Assembly: GCA_963850905.1 (NCBI GenBank)
Contig: CAWKMU010000003.1
Location: 1,715,156-1,779,155, forward strand
Length of the DNA: 64,000 nt
Source: an uncultured Gemmatimonadales bacterium
GTDB taxonomy: Bacteria; Gemmatimonadota; Gemmatimonadetes; Gemmatimonadales; Gemmatimonadaceae
Reading direction: 5' to 3'
Shown: positions 1 to 9,413 of the stretch, in pieces
Numbering within the stretch: the first letter of the stretch is position 1
Layout: the number at the start of each line of letters is the position of its first letter
Notes under the pieces: model-generated
What the model was told of the DNA's origin: nothing
What the model saw: the letters and a program-made list of their open reading frames with translations, nothing else
Database searches by the model: none
Made by a program: the position numbers and the translations under genes

Positions 1-25
1 TCGGCAGGCCCACGGTCGGACGTGC

Positions 26-1558
26 TCATCCGATGGCTCGACTCAACCGCTGGAAGACACCCATATATCGCCAGTGTGGGCCCGGCAGCCGCAGCACGGA
101 CGCCACACGTGTGAGGCGTGGCAGCAGCCAAGACCGCGAGTCGGCAGAAAACATGAATCGTGGTTGCGTGGCCGCGAACGCGCGCAGCCGGGTCAGTGTC
201 ATCGTGAGATCGAGCTCTGGCGAGAAATAAAACGTGGGCGTGAGCAGAGAGTCATCGGGTTTGACCACGCCTTCCTCGATCGCAATGCGGTGGAGCGTGG
301 TGCCGGGGTAGATCCTGAGTGCGACCGTCGCGTACACCGCGTCGCCTTCCGCCAATCGCTCGCCAGCGAATCCGAGTGTCTCCTGCAACGTGGCTGCGGT
401 CTCGCCGGGGCCGCCGATGAGGAGGATCCAGAGCGCACGGAGGCCGGCCCGCTTGACCCGGCGCGCGACTTCTCGCACGCGCGCTGCATCGAACCCCTTC
501 TCGAGCCGCGACAACACGGGGTCACTGGCGCTCTCGGCCGTGATGCCCAGCCCCGAAAAGCCCGCGGTCCGCATCGCAGCGAGCAGCTGGTCGGATGCGG
601 CGGCAGGCGTGAAGTTCATCGTCTCCAAGTGAAATCTCGTGCGCTCGCGCGTGATGGCCTCGCACACCGCCATCGCATGTCCCGGAGGCGAGTTGAATGT
701 CGAATCGACAAAGTCCACTCGGCGGACGCCGGTCGTCCTGGCGAGCTCGACCATTTCATCCACGACCGCCGCCGGGTCGCGCAGTCGGTATCCCCACCCC
801 TCGACGTTTCGATACGTGCAGTAGACGCACTTATAGACACAGCCCCGCTTGGTCTGGATAGGGACAACGGCTCCGTTTCGTTCATACCGCCGGACATCAA
901 GCCACCGATCGAGGCGCGGACGGGGCAGCGCATCCAAATCGGCGTCTTCGCCGGGGGGCGTGAAGACGATGCGGTTGTCCACTCGTTGGACCACGCCCGG
1001 GATCGAACCGATGGGACGTCCGCTGGCCAGGGCGCCGATCAGAGCAACGCTCGCGCGTTCGCCGTCGCCCGCGACCGCGTAGTCCACGCCCAACTCCCGG
1101 AACAGCCCGTCCGGGGCGACGCCAAAGGCCGCACCACCGGCGATCGTCGCAGCGTGCGGTGCTTCCTCGCGGAGCGCCGCCACGATCTCGAGCGCTTCGG
1201 GCGTATAGTGTCGGAGCGCGACCCGGTCGCTGTTGTCAATGTTCCGAACCGATATGGCCACGACATCCGGACGGACCCGCCGCGCGGCAGCGCGGGCGGC
1301 GCGGATTGGGTCGCGGGCGAAGCACAAATCGAGGACCTGCACGTCGTGGCGCGCGGCGTCCAGCGCCGAGGCAACGCACGCTAACCCGTTGGGAATAACG
1401 GGCTGCGGAGATCGTTCCCGGTTCGTGCTGACGAGAAGGACGCGCGGCGATCCGCCCCAGCGAGCGGCCCGTCCTCCAGAAGCTGTCGCCTCCGGCCAAC
1501 CTGGATCGGAGGCGTTCGGGGAGCGGCTCTTCCCGAGGTCAGCGGCGCCGGTCGTCAT
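26..1558 (-). CDS. B12-binding-domain radical SAM protein
   Basis: C-terminal 510 aa of the 26..2098 ORF. A B12-binding-like N-terminal region (VLLVSTNRE...GLACVASAL...VQVLDL) is followed by a CxxxCxxC cluster motif (CVYKCVYC). The ATG at 1556-1558 overlaps the upstream stop (ATGA at 1555-1558). The 180 aa upstream in the ORF are Arg/Gly-rich and look non-coding. Confidence 0.8.
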   Translation of the reverse strand: MTTGAADLGKSRSPNASDPGWPEATASGGRAARWGGSPRVLLVSTNRERSPQPVIPNGLACVASALDAARHDVQVLDLCFARDPIRAARAAARRVRPDVVAISVRNIDNSDRVALRHYTPEALEIVAALREEAPHAATIAGGAAFGVAPDGLFRELGVDYAVAGDGERASVALIGALASGRPIGSIPGVVQRVDNRIVFTPPGEDADLDALPRPRLDRWLDVRRYERNGAVVPIQTKRGCVYKCVYCTYRNVEGWGYRLRDPAAVVDEMVELARTTGVRRVDFVDSTFNSPPGHAMAVCEAITRERTRFHLETMNFTPAAASDQLLAAMRTAGFSGLGITAESASDPVLSRLEKGFDAARVREVARRVKRAGLRALWILLIGGPGETAATLQETLGFAGERLAEGDAVYATVALRIYPGTTLHRIAIEEGVVKPDDSLLTPTFYFSPELDLTMTLTRLRAFAATQPRFMFSADSRSWLLPRLTRVASVLRLPGPHWRYMGVFQRLSRAIG

Positions 1559-2391
1559 AACAGAGTCCGGTAGAGGATCATCGCGATGCAGGCGCCGGCG
1601 AGGGTGCTCAAGGCGTTGACTCCGTCGTTGTCCAGCCACGACAGGCCCCCGGCGGCGCGGGTGGCTGCACCGCAGCTGTGCACCACGCGCTCCGTCGGCA
1701 CCTTGCATCGTTCGCACCATTGGCGTCGCTGCAGAGTCGCGCCAAGGATTGAATCGAAGGCCATACCGACCACCCCGCCTCCCAATGCGGCCGCGGCGGC
1801 GGCCCGACGCCAGCCGAGTACCCACAGGACCCAGGCCATCGCTGCCGCACCGACGATGCCGGCAATCGTGCCGATCGCCGTGACGCCACCCGATGTGCCA
1901 GGGCGCACCGTTCGACCCGTCAGGATGGATCTCGGGGGGCCACCCCACAGCGTCCCCACTTCCGTCGCCCACGTATCGCCTGACGCGGCCGCCAGCGCCC
2001 CTCCAGCCACGGCGTGCCAGGCCTGGTCGGTCCATGCTGTCCCAATCCCCCAATCGCTGGCGTGAGGTTGAGCGCGCACGACAAACCCCAAGGCACACAG
2101 CGCGAACACACCGCCATTCGCCAGGACCTGTAGGGCATCCCGTTCACCGCCCTTGGATATCACATCCGCCGTGAGAGCTTCCTTGCGGGCGCGCCCGATG
2201 CGGGACCAGACCGATCCGCTCAAAAAGAAGGCGATGAGCGCCGTCGCCCAATCCCAGCCCGCCACGACGCACACGGTTCCGACTCCGGTCGCCGCTATCG
2301 CCCCCTCGTGCGACAGCATGCGGCTCTGGCGAGCGGCGAGTGCGATGGCGCTGGAAACGACAATCCCTAGCACGAGGCGTTGGAGTAGCAC
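1555..2391 (-). CDS. DUF92/TMEM19-family integral membrane protein
   Basis: Multi-pass hydrophobic protein with the DUF92-like stretch SGDTWATEVG...GTSGGVTAIGT. The start is placed at the GTG at 2389-2391 (VLLQRLVLGIVV...) because the region upstream (2411-2509) is a palindromic repeat. Start is uncertain. Confidence 0.6.
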   Translation of the reverse strand: MLLQRLVLGIVVSSAIALAARQSRMLSHEGAIAATGVGTVCVVAGWDWATALIAFFLSGSVWSRIGRARKEALTADVISKGGERDALQVLANGGVFALCALGFVVRAQPHASDWGIGTAWTDQAWHAVAGGALAAASGDTWATEVGTLWGGPPRSILTGRTVRPGTSGGVTAIGTIAGIVGAAAMAWVLWVLGWRRAAAAAALGGGVVGMAFDSILGATLQRRQWCERCKVPTERVVHSCGAATRAAGGLSWLDNDGVNALSTLAGACIAMILYRTLL

Positions 2392-2410
2392 GGGGGGGCG
2401 GGCGCTTGGC

Positions 2411-2509
2411 GCCCGAGAGGGTAGAAACACGAGAGCAGAGAGTTGAAAGTAGCCAACGGCGGTCGTTGACTGTCTACTGTCTACCTTCTGACGGTCTACT
2501 CTCTCGGGC
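2411..2509. repeat. Heptad-arm palindromic element, copy R1 (degenerate)
   Basis: The outer ends gcccgagagggtaga (2411-2425) and tctactctctcgggc (2495-2509) are complementary. The arms show a 7-nt period (GAGAGCA GAGAGTT GAAAGTA / TGTCTAC TGTCTAC). The central hairpin is CAACG-gcggt-CGTTG (2454-2468). Confidence 0.45.
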
Positions 2510-2590
2510 GCGCCAGCGCCCGTCCCTAACCCCTGACCTCCCGGTCTGTTAAATTGCCGCCTCCTTGCATCACCTGCCTTTCGCATTGCC

Positions 2591-3214
2591 ATGACTGCGT
2601 CACCTACGGTCGACGCTCTGCTTCCGCTTAGCCTGTTGGAAGCGGTCCGCGGCGTAGACTCTCCGCACGACGACCTCGACACGGAGTATGTCCCGGAGCT
2701 GCGCAACAAGCGGCTCGGACTCAGCGACACCGTGTACGCACAAATTCAGCGGTACACGGTTGCCGTGAAGAAAAGTCAGCGTGCGCCCCAGGAAGAAGCC
2801 GTCGCACTCGCTCGACTCATCGGCCGACGCGCCGACGCGCACCAGGTGTTCTCCGCAGCTGGCCGGATCCTCGCCCAACAATCCTTGGAAAGCGGCTCCG
2901 CGGTGACCCGCCAAGTAATCCTGGTGCTCCCGTCGCTGCTCGCCCGCCCGCTTGCGCTTCGCGAGGCTCGTCGGATCGCCTCCCGCTATCTCAACGGCAC
3001 GATCCGTCGAGTCGGGGGCTCGTTGCTGCTCGAGGTACCGCATTCGGTCACCGTCGACAGCGGCCCGAAGGAAAGTGGATGCGCCTACTACGAGTCGGTT
3101 CTCCGGGAGCTCGTGCACACGCTCGTCGGCGCGCCGGGTGCGGTCGAACACGTCAGGTGCGTGACGCGCGGAGAGCGAGTCTGCGAGTGGCGTGCGGAAT
3201 GGCGACGCGGTTAA
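2591..3214 (+). CDS. Hypothetical protein (possible V4R-like C-terminal Cys motif)
   Basis: 207-aa ORF with coding-like composition, divergent from the DUF92 gene. The C-terminus VEHVRCVTRGERVCEW is only weakly reminiscent of V4R domains. No confident family. Confidence 0.45.
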   Translation: MTASPTVDALLPLSLLEAVRGVDSPHDDLDTEYVPELRNKRLGLSDTVYAQIQRYTVAVKKSQRAPQEEAVALARLIGRRADAHQVFSAAGRILAQQSLESGSAVTRQVILVLPSLLARPLALREARRIASRYLNGTIRRVGGSLLLEVPHSVTVDSGPKESGCAYYESVLRELVHTLVGAPGAVEHVRCVTRGERVCEWRAEWRRG

Positions 3215-3235
3215 GTCACCAATAATCGGCGAACA

Positions 3236-4414
3236 ATGTTGACGCCCGAGACGCTTCCCCGAATCCAGACGGCATTGTCGGATGCGGGACTCGACGGATG
3301 GCTCCTGTACGATTTCCGCGGCGCCAATCCGGTCGCCGCTGGCATCCTCCAGCTCAAGGGCCTCCAGACGCGTCGTATCTACGCGTATGTGCCGGCTCGC
3401 GGCGTGCCGACGGCGATCACACACGCCATCGAGCAAGGACCGTGGGAACACTGGCCGCCGACATGGGGGCGCGTGGTGTACAGCGGGTGGCGAGAGCTCG
3501 AGGCGGCGATCGCAGGGCTCGTACGTCGGCAGCGGGTTGCGATGGAATACTCACCGGGCGACGCGGTCCCCTACGTGGATCGCGTACCAGCAGGCGTCAT
3601 CGAGCTCGTTCGTGCGGCCGGAGCAGATGTCGTCTCATCCGGCGAACTAATCAGTCGATTCTACGCGGTGTGGACGGAGGCAGAACTTGCAGCGCATCGT
3701 CGTGCGGCGGTGGCGATTGCGGCTATTGGCCAGGAGGGCTTGCGCCTCGCGGGCGCGGATGCGGCGCGCGGTGAGCCGCAGACCGAATACGGACTTCAGC
3801 GCTGGATCCTGGAGCGTCTTGCGCGGGCCGGGCTCGAGACGCACGACGCGCCGATCGTGGCGATCGGCCCGAATGCGGCCAATCCGCACTACGCGCCCAG
3901 CGAGCAACCCGCTACGGCGATTGCGCCTGGCGCCGTTCTCTTGATCGACCTCTGGGCGCGCGAGCCCGGGCAGCCATTCGCAGACCAGACGTGGATGGGT
4001 GTACTTGGAGCGCCGACGGCGCAGGTGATCCGTGTGTGGGAGGCGGTACGCGACGCGCGCGATGCGGCAATCCAGTTGCTGCGCGATCGCCTGCCGACGG
4101 GCAAGCCCCTCCGAGGCGCCGAAGTGGACGACGCCGCCCGGCGAGTCATCGAGTCCCGCGGGTTTGGTCGATTCTTTGTGCATCGCACAGGTCACTCGAT
4201 CGATGCACGCGACCTCCATGGCTCGGGGCCCCACATCGACAATCTCGAGACGCGCGAGGAGCGATTGTTGATCCCGGGCGTGGCGTTCTCGATCGAGCCC
4301 GGCGTCTATCAGCCCGGTGTCCTCGGGGTGCGGTCAGAAGTGAACGCGATTGTCGGCGATCGCAGCGTCGAGATCACGCCGATCGACTATCAGCGCGAGT
4401 TGATGCGAGTGTAG
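3236..4414 (+). CDS. M24-family metallopeptidase (Xaa-Pro aminopeptidase-like)
   Basis: Pita-bread fold signatures: LLIDLWA..., HRTGHSID, GVAFSIEPGVY and a creatinase-like N-terminal half. Confidence 0.85.
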   Translation: MLTPETLPRIQTALSDAGLDGWLLYDFRGANPVAAGILQLKGLQTRRIYAYVPARGVPTAITHAIEQGPWEHWPPTWGRVVYSGWRELEAAIAGLVRRQRVAMEYSPGDAVPYVDRVPAGVIELVRAAGADVVSSGELISRFYAVWTEAELAAHRRAAVAIAAIGQEGLRLAGADAARGEPQTEYGLQRWILERLARAGLETHDAPIVAIGPNAANPHYAPSEQPATAIAPGAVLLIDLWAREPGQPFADQTWMGVLGAPTAQVIRVWEAVRDARDAAIQLLRDRLPTGKPLRGAEVDDAARRVIESRGFGRFFVHRTGHSIDARDLHGSGPHIDNLETREERLLIPGVAFSIEPGVYQPGVLGVRSEVNAIVGDRSVEITPIDYQRELMRV

Positions 4415-4429
4415 CGGCCTTCGGCCGCT
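4413..4429 (+). terminator. Stem-loop immediately after the M24 peptidase stop
   Basis: AGCGGCC-ttc-GGCCGCT directly follows the TAG at 4412-4414. There is no clear U-tract. Confidence 0.35.
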
Positions 4430-4435
4430 CGAGAG

Positions 4436-4503
4436 TGGAACCGCAGTAGAAAGTAGACGACAGCACTGCGCTAGGCTGTCTACTTCGTGCTGCTACTTTC
4501 TGG
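4436..4503. repeat. Heptad-arm palindromic element, copy R2
   Basis: Left arm CAGTAGA AAGTAGA CGACAGC. Right arm GCTGTCTACTTCGTGCTGCTACTTTCT. AGTAGAC pairs with GTCTACT. It lies between convergent genes and overlaps the stop of the minus-strand gene. Confidence 0.45.
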
Positions 4504-5512
4504 CGCCCTCCAGCGCGCTCCAGGTTCCGGGATCCTCTAATCCTAAGCGCCACAGGGCAAAGCGTCGAACACCGAGCGATTCGGCTGACGCGACGAGTGC
4601 GCGAGTCTGTCGAGCGTCGGTGACCCACGCCTCGCCGGAGTCTGGACGGAGAAAATGAAGCGCGCCTGATGCGGAATCACGGGAGAGTGGGATCCCCAGC
4701 TGAGCCGTCTGCTGCTGCGCGTCAGCGTAGCTCAGCACCGCCGCCGCGGCGGGGCGCTTCCAGAGATAGCCGTAGGTCGGAAGCCCAGCCACAAGGCGCC
4801 CAGGGCCAACCTCCGCGACGCGAAGGGCAAGTGCCTGCCGAAACCATCCCGGAGACGCAATCGGTCCCGGTGGACCGTTTGCCCAGTGCTCGTCGTACAG
4901 CATTGCGAGCAACAGGTCGGCGGCCGCGAGGTGTCTGCCGGCGTACACGAGCGTGTCGGTCGGCACGATGGCCACGGTCACGGGCCGCACGTGCCGGCCA
5001 TGGGCCGAATCGACAAACGCTTTCACGACAACGGTCAGCGCCGCCGTGTCATCCCGCGTGAGAGCCTCGAAGTCGAGGACGAGTCCCTGGTAACCGTGGG
5101 TCTTCGCCCAGGCCGCAACCGCTCCGGCAGCTCGAGCGCGGAGGTCTGGGTCACTCGCCAAGCGCGTGATCGTCTCGCGATGGAAGCGGTCGCGCTGATA
5201 AGTGGTGACGAGTGCGAATCGGTGTGGCCCGGGCGGGACCTTGATCGTGTCTGGGTAGACGGCCACCGGCATTGCGGTCAGCGTGTCGAGTCGAAGCCAA
5301 CCAGAAATGAGAACACGAAGAGCGGGTGCGACGCACGCGACGCTGGCAGCGCTTCGGGGGTCCCACGGAGCGGTAAACGCCCACACCTCGACGCGAAGTC
5401 GACGAACGGCGCCCGGACAGGGCGCCGCTCGTGAGATCCCGCGCTCAGGGGATGTGGCGGGAGCCGCGAAAGCGAGCGAGGTGACGAGCGCGCCGACTCG
5501 GACACGCTGCAT
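4493..5512 (-). CDS. Secreted glycoside hydrolase family 18-like protein
   Basis: GH18-type catalytic strand YQGLVLDFE (DxE) and a signal-peptide-like N-terminus from M11 (MQRVRVGALVTSLAFAAPA). The ATG at 5542 would overlap the divergent start at 5541, so the internal ATG was chosen. Confidence 0.55.
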   Translation of the reverse strand: MQRVRVGALVTSLAFAAPATSPERGISRAAPCPGAVRRLRVEVWAFTAPWDPRSAASVACVAPALRVLISGWLRLDTLTAMPVAVYPDTIKVPPGPHRFALVTTYQRDRFHRETITRLASDPDLRARAAGAVAAWAKTHGYQGLVLDFEALTRDDTAALTVVVKAFVDSAHGRHVRPVTVAIVPTDTLVYAGRHLAAADLLLAMLYDEHWANGPPGPIASPGWFRQALALRVAEVGPGRLVAGLPTYGYLWKRPAAAAVLSYADAQQQTAQLGIPLSRDSASGALHFLRPDSGEAWVTDARQTRALVASAESLGVRRFALWRLGLEDPGTWSALEGARK

Positions 5513-5540
5513 ATATTTCGCGCGGCAATGATGCAGCGAC

Positions 5541-6404
5541 ATGCTTCCTAAGCTACAAGGCCACGGCCGACCGGCGCAGATCCGGCGGAGTGGCGGCGTC
5601 GCCGCTGCCGCTGTCCTCAGCGCCCTCTCGCTCGCATGCTCGCGGGCAAATTCTCAACGCGTCGCCGGGGATGGACCACACGCCCTCGCGACGACCGAGG
5701 CCCTGAAGGGCTTCACGATCGCGACGGCCGCGCGCTACCAGGTCGATCCGCCGCTGAGCGGTGGGCGCATTACAGGATCGATCGCGTTCGACGGGCCAGC
5801 GCCCGCGGATTCAATCGTCCATCCGACTGCCGACGCCGACGTCTGTGGCCAGACCCTGGTCGATCCGACCGTCGATCACCGCGGGCCCCTGCTGGCGAAC
5901 GCGGTGGTGTGGGTCGACGGGGTCACGGCGGGCAAGCCACTGCCTGTCGTCCGGCGCTACGACCTCACGAATGAGGGGTGCCGACTCGTTCCGCGCATCC
6001 AGGCGGCCGTCACGGGCGGCACGCTCGATGTCCGCAACGCGGATCAAGCCACGCACTTGACGCGATTCGTCCTCTCGACCAAACGGACCGTGCTCGCGAC
6101 GGTTTCTGAGACCGAGGCCGGAGCCGTCGTCCCGTCGCGCGCGGTCCTGGCAGCGCCCGGGGTCGTGGAGGTGACCTGCGACATGCACCCCTGGGCGAGG
6201 GCGTGGCTGCTCGTCTTCAACCAGCCGTATTTCACCACCACCAGCGCCAACGGTGCGTTTGTCATCGACTCGATCCCTCCGGGCCGCTATCGGATATCAG
6301 TCTGGCACGAGCGCTTCGGCACCCAGAGCGACAGCGTGACTGTCGTCGCGGGCCAGGATGCAGTCGTCAACATGACCTTTAAGAGCCACACCGTCGGCGG
6401 CTAG
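5541..6404 (+). CDS. Putative lipoprotein with C-terminal carboxypeptidase-regulatory-like beta-sandwich
   Basis: Lipobox-like LSLAC near the N-terminus. The C-terminus FVIDSIPPGRYRISVWHERFG...VVAGQDAVVNMTF is typical of CarboxypepD_reg-like domains. Confidence 0.5.
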   Translation: MLPKLQGHGRPAQIRRSGGVAAAAVLSALSLACSRANSQRVAGDGPHALATTEALKGFTIATAARYQVDPPLSGGRITGSIAFDGPAPADSIVHPTADADVCGQTLVDPTVDHRGPLLANAVVWVDGVTAGKPLPVVRRYDLTNEGCRLVPRIQAAVTGGTLDVRNADQATHLTRFVLSTKRTVLATVSETEAGAVVPSRAVLAAPGVVEVTCDMHPWARAWLLVFNQPYFTTTSANGAFVIDSIPPGRYRISVWHERFGTQSDSVTVVAGQDAVVNMTFKSHTVGG

Positions 6405-6441
6405 GGCAACGCATGCGTCGCCTCTACCGGCCATCTCTCGC

Positions 6442-8286
6442 TCATGCGCTCCGGGGGTCGGTGCGGAACTGGTTGCGATAGAGTCGGGAATACATGCCGG
6501 ACTGCGCGAGCAGGGCCCCATGCGTGCCTTGCTCCACGATCCGGCCACGGTCGAGGACGACCACCCGGTCGGCCCGGAGCACCGTGCTCAAGCGGTGGGC
6601 GATGATCAGCGTCGAGCGCCCTCGCAGGAGCTCTGTCATTGCGTGCTCGACTAAGCGCTCGCTCTCGCTGTCGAGACTCGACGTCGCTTCGTCGAGGATG
6701 ACGAACGCCGGGTCGCTGAGAAAAACCCGAGCCAACGCCAACCGCTGGCGCTGCCCACCGGACAGCTTGACCCCGCGTTCCCCGACGAGCGTCTCGAATC
6801 GCTCGGGTAGTCGGTCAATGAATTCGACGGCATGGGCGGCGTTCGCAGCGGCCCGGATCTCAGCGTCGGTCGCATCGGGTCGTGCGAATGCGATGTTGGC
6901 TCTGACCGTCCCGCTAAACAATGCGGGCTCCTGCGGCACGATGCCGATCGAACCGCGCAGATCGGCGAATGACAAGGCGCGTACATCGTGCCCGTCGAAC
7001 GTCACACAGCCACCCGTCACGTCCCAGAACCGAGGCAGCAGGGAGGCGACGGTCGTCTTGCCCGCCCCGGAAGGACCGACCAGCGCGACCACTTCCCCGG
7101 ACGCAATCGACAGAGACAGTTCATGCAAGACGTCCGGGAGCGTCGGGCCGTAGCGGAAGGTCACCCGTTCGAACGCTACCGCGCCGCGGACAGGCCGAAC
7201 GAGCGGCTCGGGCCTCGGCGGCTCCGCGACTGTCGGAGTGGTGGCCAACAACTCGAAGACGCGGCCCGCAGCACCGACGGCCTCCTGGTAGCTGCCGAAC
7301 AGCGATGCGAGCGAGCCGATCGCTCCTGCGACCATGATGGCCAGGATGAGGAATGAGAAGAACTGACCTGGCGTCAGCGAATGTTGTAGAACGAGTTGCC
7401 CGCCTTCCCACAGGACGACGACGATGCCACTGAACGCGATGAAGCCGACGATGCCGAAGAACTGCGCCCGCAGGACCGCGCGCCGAATCGCGGCGGTGAC
7501 GACCGTGCGCAGCTTCTCGGTGTAGCGGTTCGTCTCGAAGCCTTCACGGACGAATCCTTGTACGGTCCGTATCTGTCCGAATGCTTCGTTGGCCAGCCCC
7601 ATGGCCTCGGCGACGCGGTCCTGGACCCCTGTACTGGCTCGGCGCAGCGCTCGACCGAAGATGAATGCCGCGGCCACGAGAATGGGGGCGACCTCGAGGG
7701 TCGTGACCGCGAGTCGGGTATTTCGGATCGTGAGGAGCGTGACGCCGCCCACAACCAGGATCACCTGGCGCAGGAGCTCGGAGAGATATGTGTTGCCCAG
7801 TGACTGGAGAACTGCGAGGTCCGCAGACAGGCGGCTCGTCAGCTCGCCAGATGGGTTCTCGGTGAAAAAGGCAGGCGACAAGCGCACGAGGTGAGCGAAC
7901 AAGTTCTCACGCAACCTCGCGATGACCCGCTCGGTGGTAGAGGTCAACAGATAGACCTGCGTGAAGTTCAACAGGCCTTGCACCGCGAACAGCGCGATCA
8001 GTCCGAGTGCGATTTGATCGAGCCTATGGCGGCCGCCATGCTCGAACGCGGTGTCGAGCAAGGTGCCCACCACCAGCGGGAAGACCAGGGCGGTCGCCGC
8101 GGCCGCAACGAGACAGACCGCAGCCAAGACCATGCGCCCCGCGTACGGCCGGACGAAAGGCATCAGTCGAGCGAGCGGCCTCGGTGAGGGCAGCCGGCGC
8201 GACGCGGTGCCCGTGCTCACTTTCGGAGTGGACGGATCACTCTCTGCGGTCGCTGCCGTCGCGACGTCCGGTTCCTCGCCGACCAC
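6442..8286 (-). CDS. ABC transporter, fused permease/ATP-binding protein (ABCB/MsbA-like exporter)
   Basis: Six-TM ABC_membrane region, Walker A GPSGAGKTT, signature LSGGQRQR and Walker B FVILDEATS. The start is set at the GTG at 8284-8286, upstream of the typical LARLMPFVRPY segment. The ATG at 8163 would truncate that segment. Confidence 0.85.
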   Translation of the reverse strand: MVGEEPDVATAATAESDPSTPKVSTGTASRRLPSPRPLARLMPFVRPYAGRMVLAAVCLVAAAATALVFPLVVGTLLDTAFEHGGRHRLDQIALGLIALFAVQGLLNFTQVYLLTSTTERVIARLRENLFAHLVRLSPAFFTENPSGELTSRLSADLAVLQSLGNTYLSELLRQVILVVGGVTLLTIRNTRLAVTTLEVAPILVAAAFIFGRALRRASTGVQDRVAEAMGLANEAFGQIRTVQGFVREGFETNRYTEKLRTVVTAAIRRAVLRAQFFGIVGFIAFSGIVVVLWEGGQLVLQHSLTPGQFFSFLILAIMVAGAIGSLASLFGSYQEAVGAAGRVFELLATTPTVAEPPRPEPLVRPVRGAVAFERVTFRYGPTLPDVLHELSLSIASGEVVALVGPSGAGKTTVASLLPRFWDVTGGCVTFDGHDVRALSFADLRGSIGIVPQEPALFSGTVRANIAFARPDATDAEIRAAANAAHAVEFIDRLPERFETLVGERGVKLSGGQRQRLALARVFLSDPAFVILDEATSSLDSESERLVEHAMTELLRGRSTLIIAHRLSTVLRADRVVVLDRGRIVEQGTHGALLAQSGMYSRLYRNQFRTDPRSA

Positions 8287-8405
8287 GGACTCGTCCGCGG
8301 GTGGCTGCGCGGGCGGCGCGATCAGCGACGTTTCGTCGTCACCCCGGTCCGGGCGCGGCTGATCGACGACGGCCGCCGTCGCTGCCCGAGGATCGGAACG
8401 GGTAG

Positions 8406-9413
8406 CTATGCTGCCCCCGACACGAGATGGATCACCAGCGACGCGGTCCGCGCGAGGTGCCCGGCGAGTTGCCGGTCGACTACCATCGCGACAAATAGCA
8501 GGGCGAGATACATCAACGAGAACTTGTAGACGGACCACGCGGCGCCCGTCCACGGCGACGTCCGTCGCACACGAAGGATTCCGCCGATGAGCATGGCGTC
8601 CAGCACCAACGCCGCGGCCAAGTACAGCACACCGAAGGCTCCGAACGCGACGGGGAGTACCGTCAGCGCTGACAGCAGTACGGCGTACCACAGCATTTGA
8701 TCCATCGTGCGGCGCTCGCCCCACACCAACGGGGCCATCGGGACGCCCGCTCGGTCATAGTCGCGCTGCTTGAGGAGCGCCAGCGCCCAGAAGTGCGGCG
8801 GAGTCCAATAAAAAATGATCAAGAAAAGATAGACGGCCGTCAGATCGAGGCGGCCGGTCGCGGCAGCGTAGCCGACGAGCGGCGGAAAAGCCCCGGCGGC
8901 ACCGCCGATGACGATGTTGTGCGGCGTGGAGCGCTTGAGCCACCGCGTGTAGACCAGGACGTAGAAGTAGAAGCCCGACACCGCGAGCGCGGCCGTCAGC
9001 ACGTTGACAAAGTGCGCGAGTAGCCAGGTGGCGAGCCCTGCGAGCGCGACACCGAACGCCAGCACTGCGGGCGCGGCCAATCGGCCACTCGGTATCGGAC
9101 GGAGACGCGTCCGGGCCATGAACTCGTCGATGTCGCGGTCGAAGTACATGTTGACTGCGTTCGCGCCACCCGCCATGAGGTACCCGCCAAGCACCACCGC
9201 CAATACGTGCCGCCAACTCGGAACCCCGGCGAGGAACATCGGCGCGACAGTGGTGACGAGAAGCAGCGAGATGATCCGCGGTTTGGTCAGGGAAATCAGA
9301 TCGCGCGCGAGACGAGGCTGTGCCGTCAGGACAGCTGCCGCAGCGGGACCGCGCAGGCTGTGCGGGTCCGGCTGTGCTGGCGCGGCGACCGGACGACGGA
9401 TGCGAACTCTCAC
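8406..9413 (-). CDS. ctaB: Protoheme IX farnesyltransferase (heme O synthase)
   Basis: UbiA-family motif GGANAVNMYFDRDIDEFMARTRLRPIPSGR plus LTKPRIISLLLVTT. Overlaps ctaA by 4 nt. Confidence 0.9.
   Translation of the reverse strand: MRVRIRRPVAAPAQPDPHSLRGPAAAAVLTAQPRLARDLISLTKPRIISLLLVTTVAPMFLAGVPSWRHVLAVVLGGYLMAGGANAVNMYFDRDIDEFMARTRLRPIPSGRLAAPAVLAFGVALAGLATWLLAHFVNVLTAALAVSGFYFYVLVYTRWLKRSTPHNIVIGGAAGAFPPLVGYAAATGRLDLTAVYLFLIIFYWTPPHFWALALLKQRDYDRAGVPMAPLVWGERRTMDQMLWYAVLLSALTVLPVAFGAFGVLYLAAALVLDAMLIGGILRVRRTSPWTGAAWSVYKFSLMYLALLFVAMVVDRQLAGHLARTASLVIHLVSGAA

Noticed and set aside
1559-2098. The 690-aa version of the radical SAM ORF (26..2098), with a 180-aa N-terminal extension overlapping the DUF92 gene
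   Set aside because: The extension is Arg/Gly-rich with no domain signal. It lies entirely inside the better-supported DUF92 coding region in another frame. An ATG with ATGA coupling at 1555-1558 gives a normal-length protein.
5540-5543. Divergent genes whose start codons overlap on the palindrome CATG (minus-strand ATG at 5542, plus-strand ATG at 5541)
   Set aside because: This leaves no room for promoters or ribosome-binding sites. The minus-strand gene has a more plausible internal ATG at 5512 that begins a signal-peptide-like sequence.
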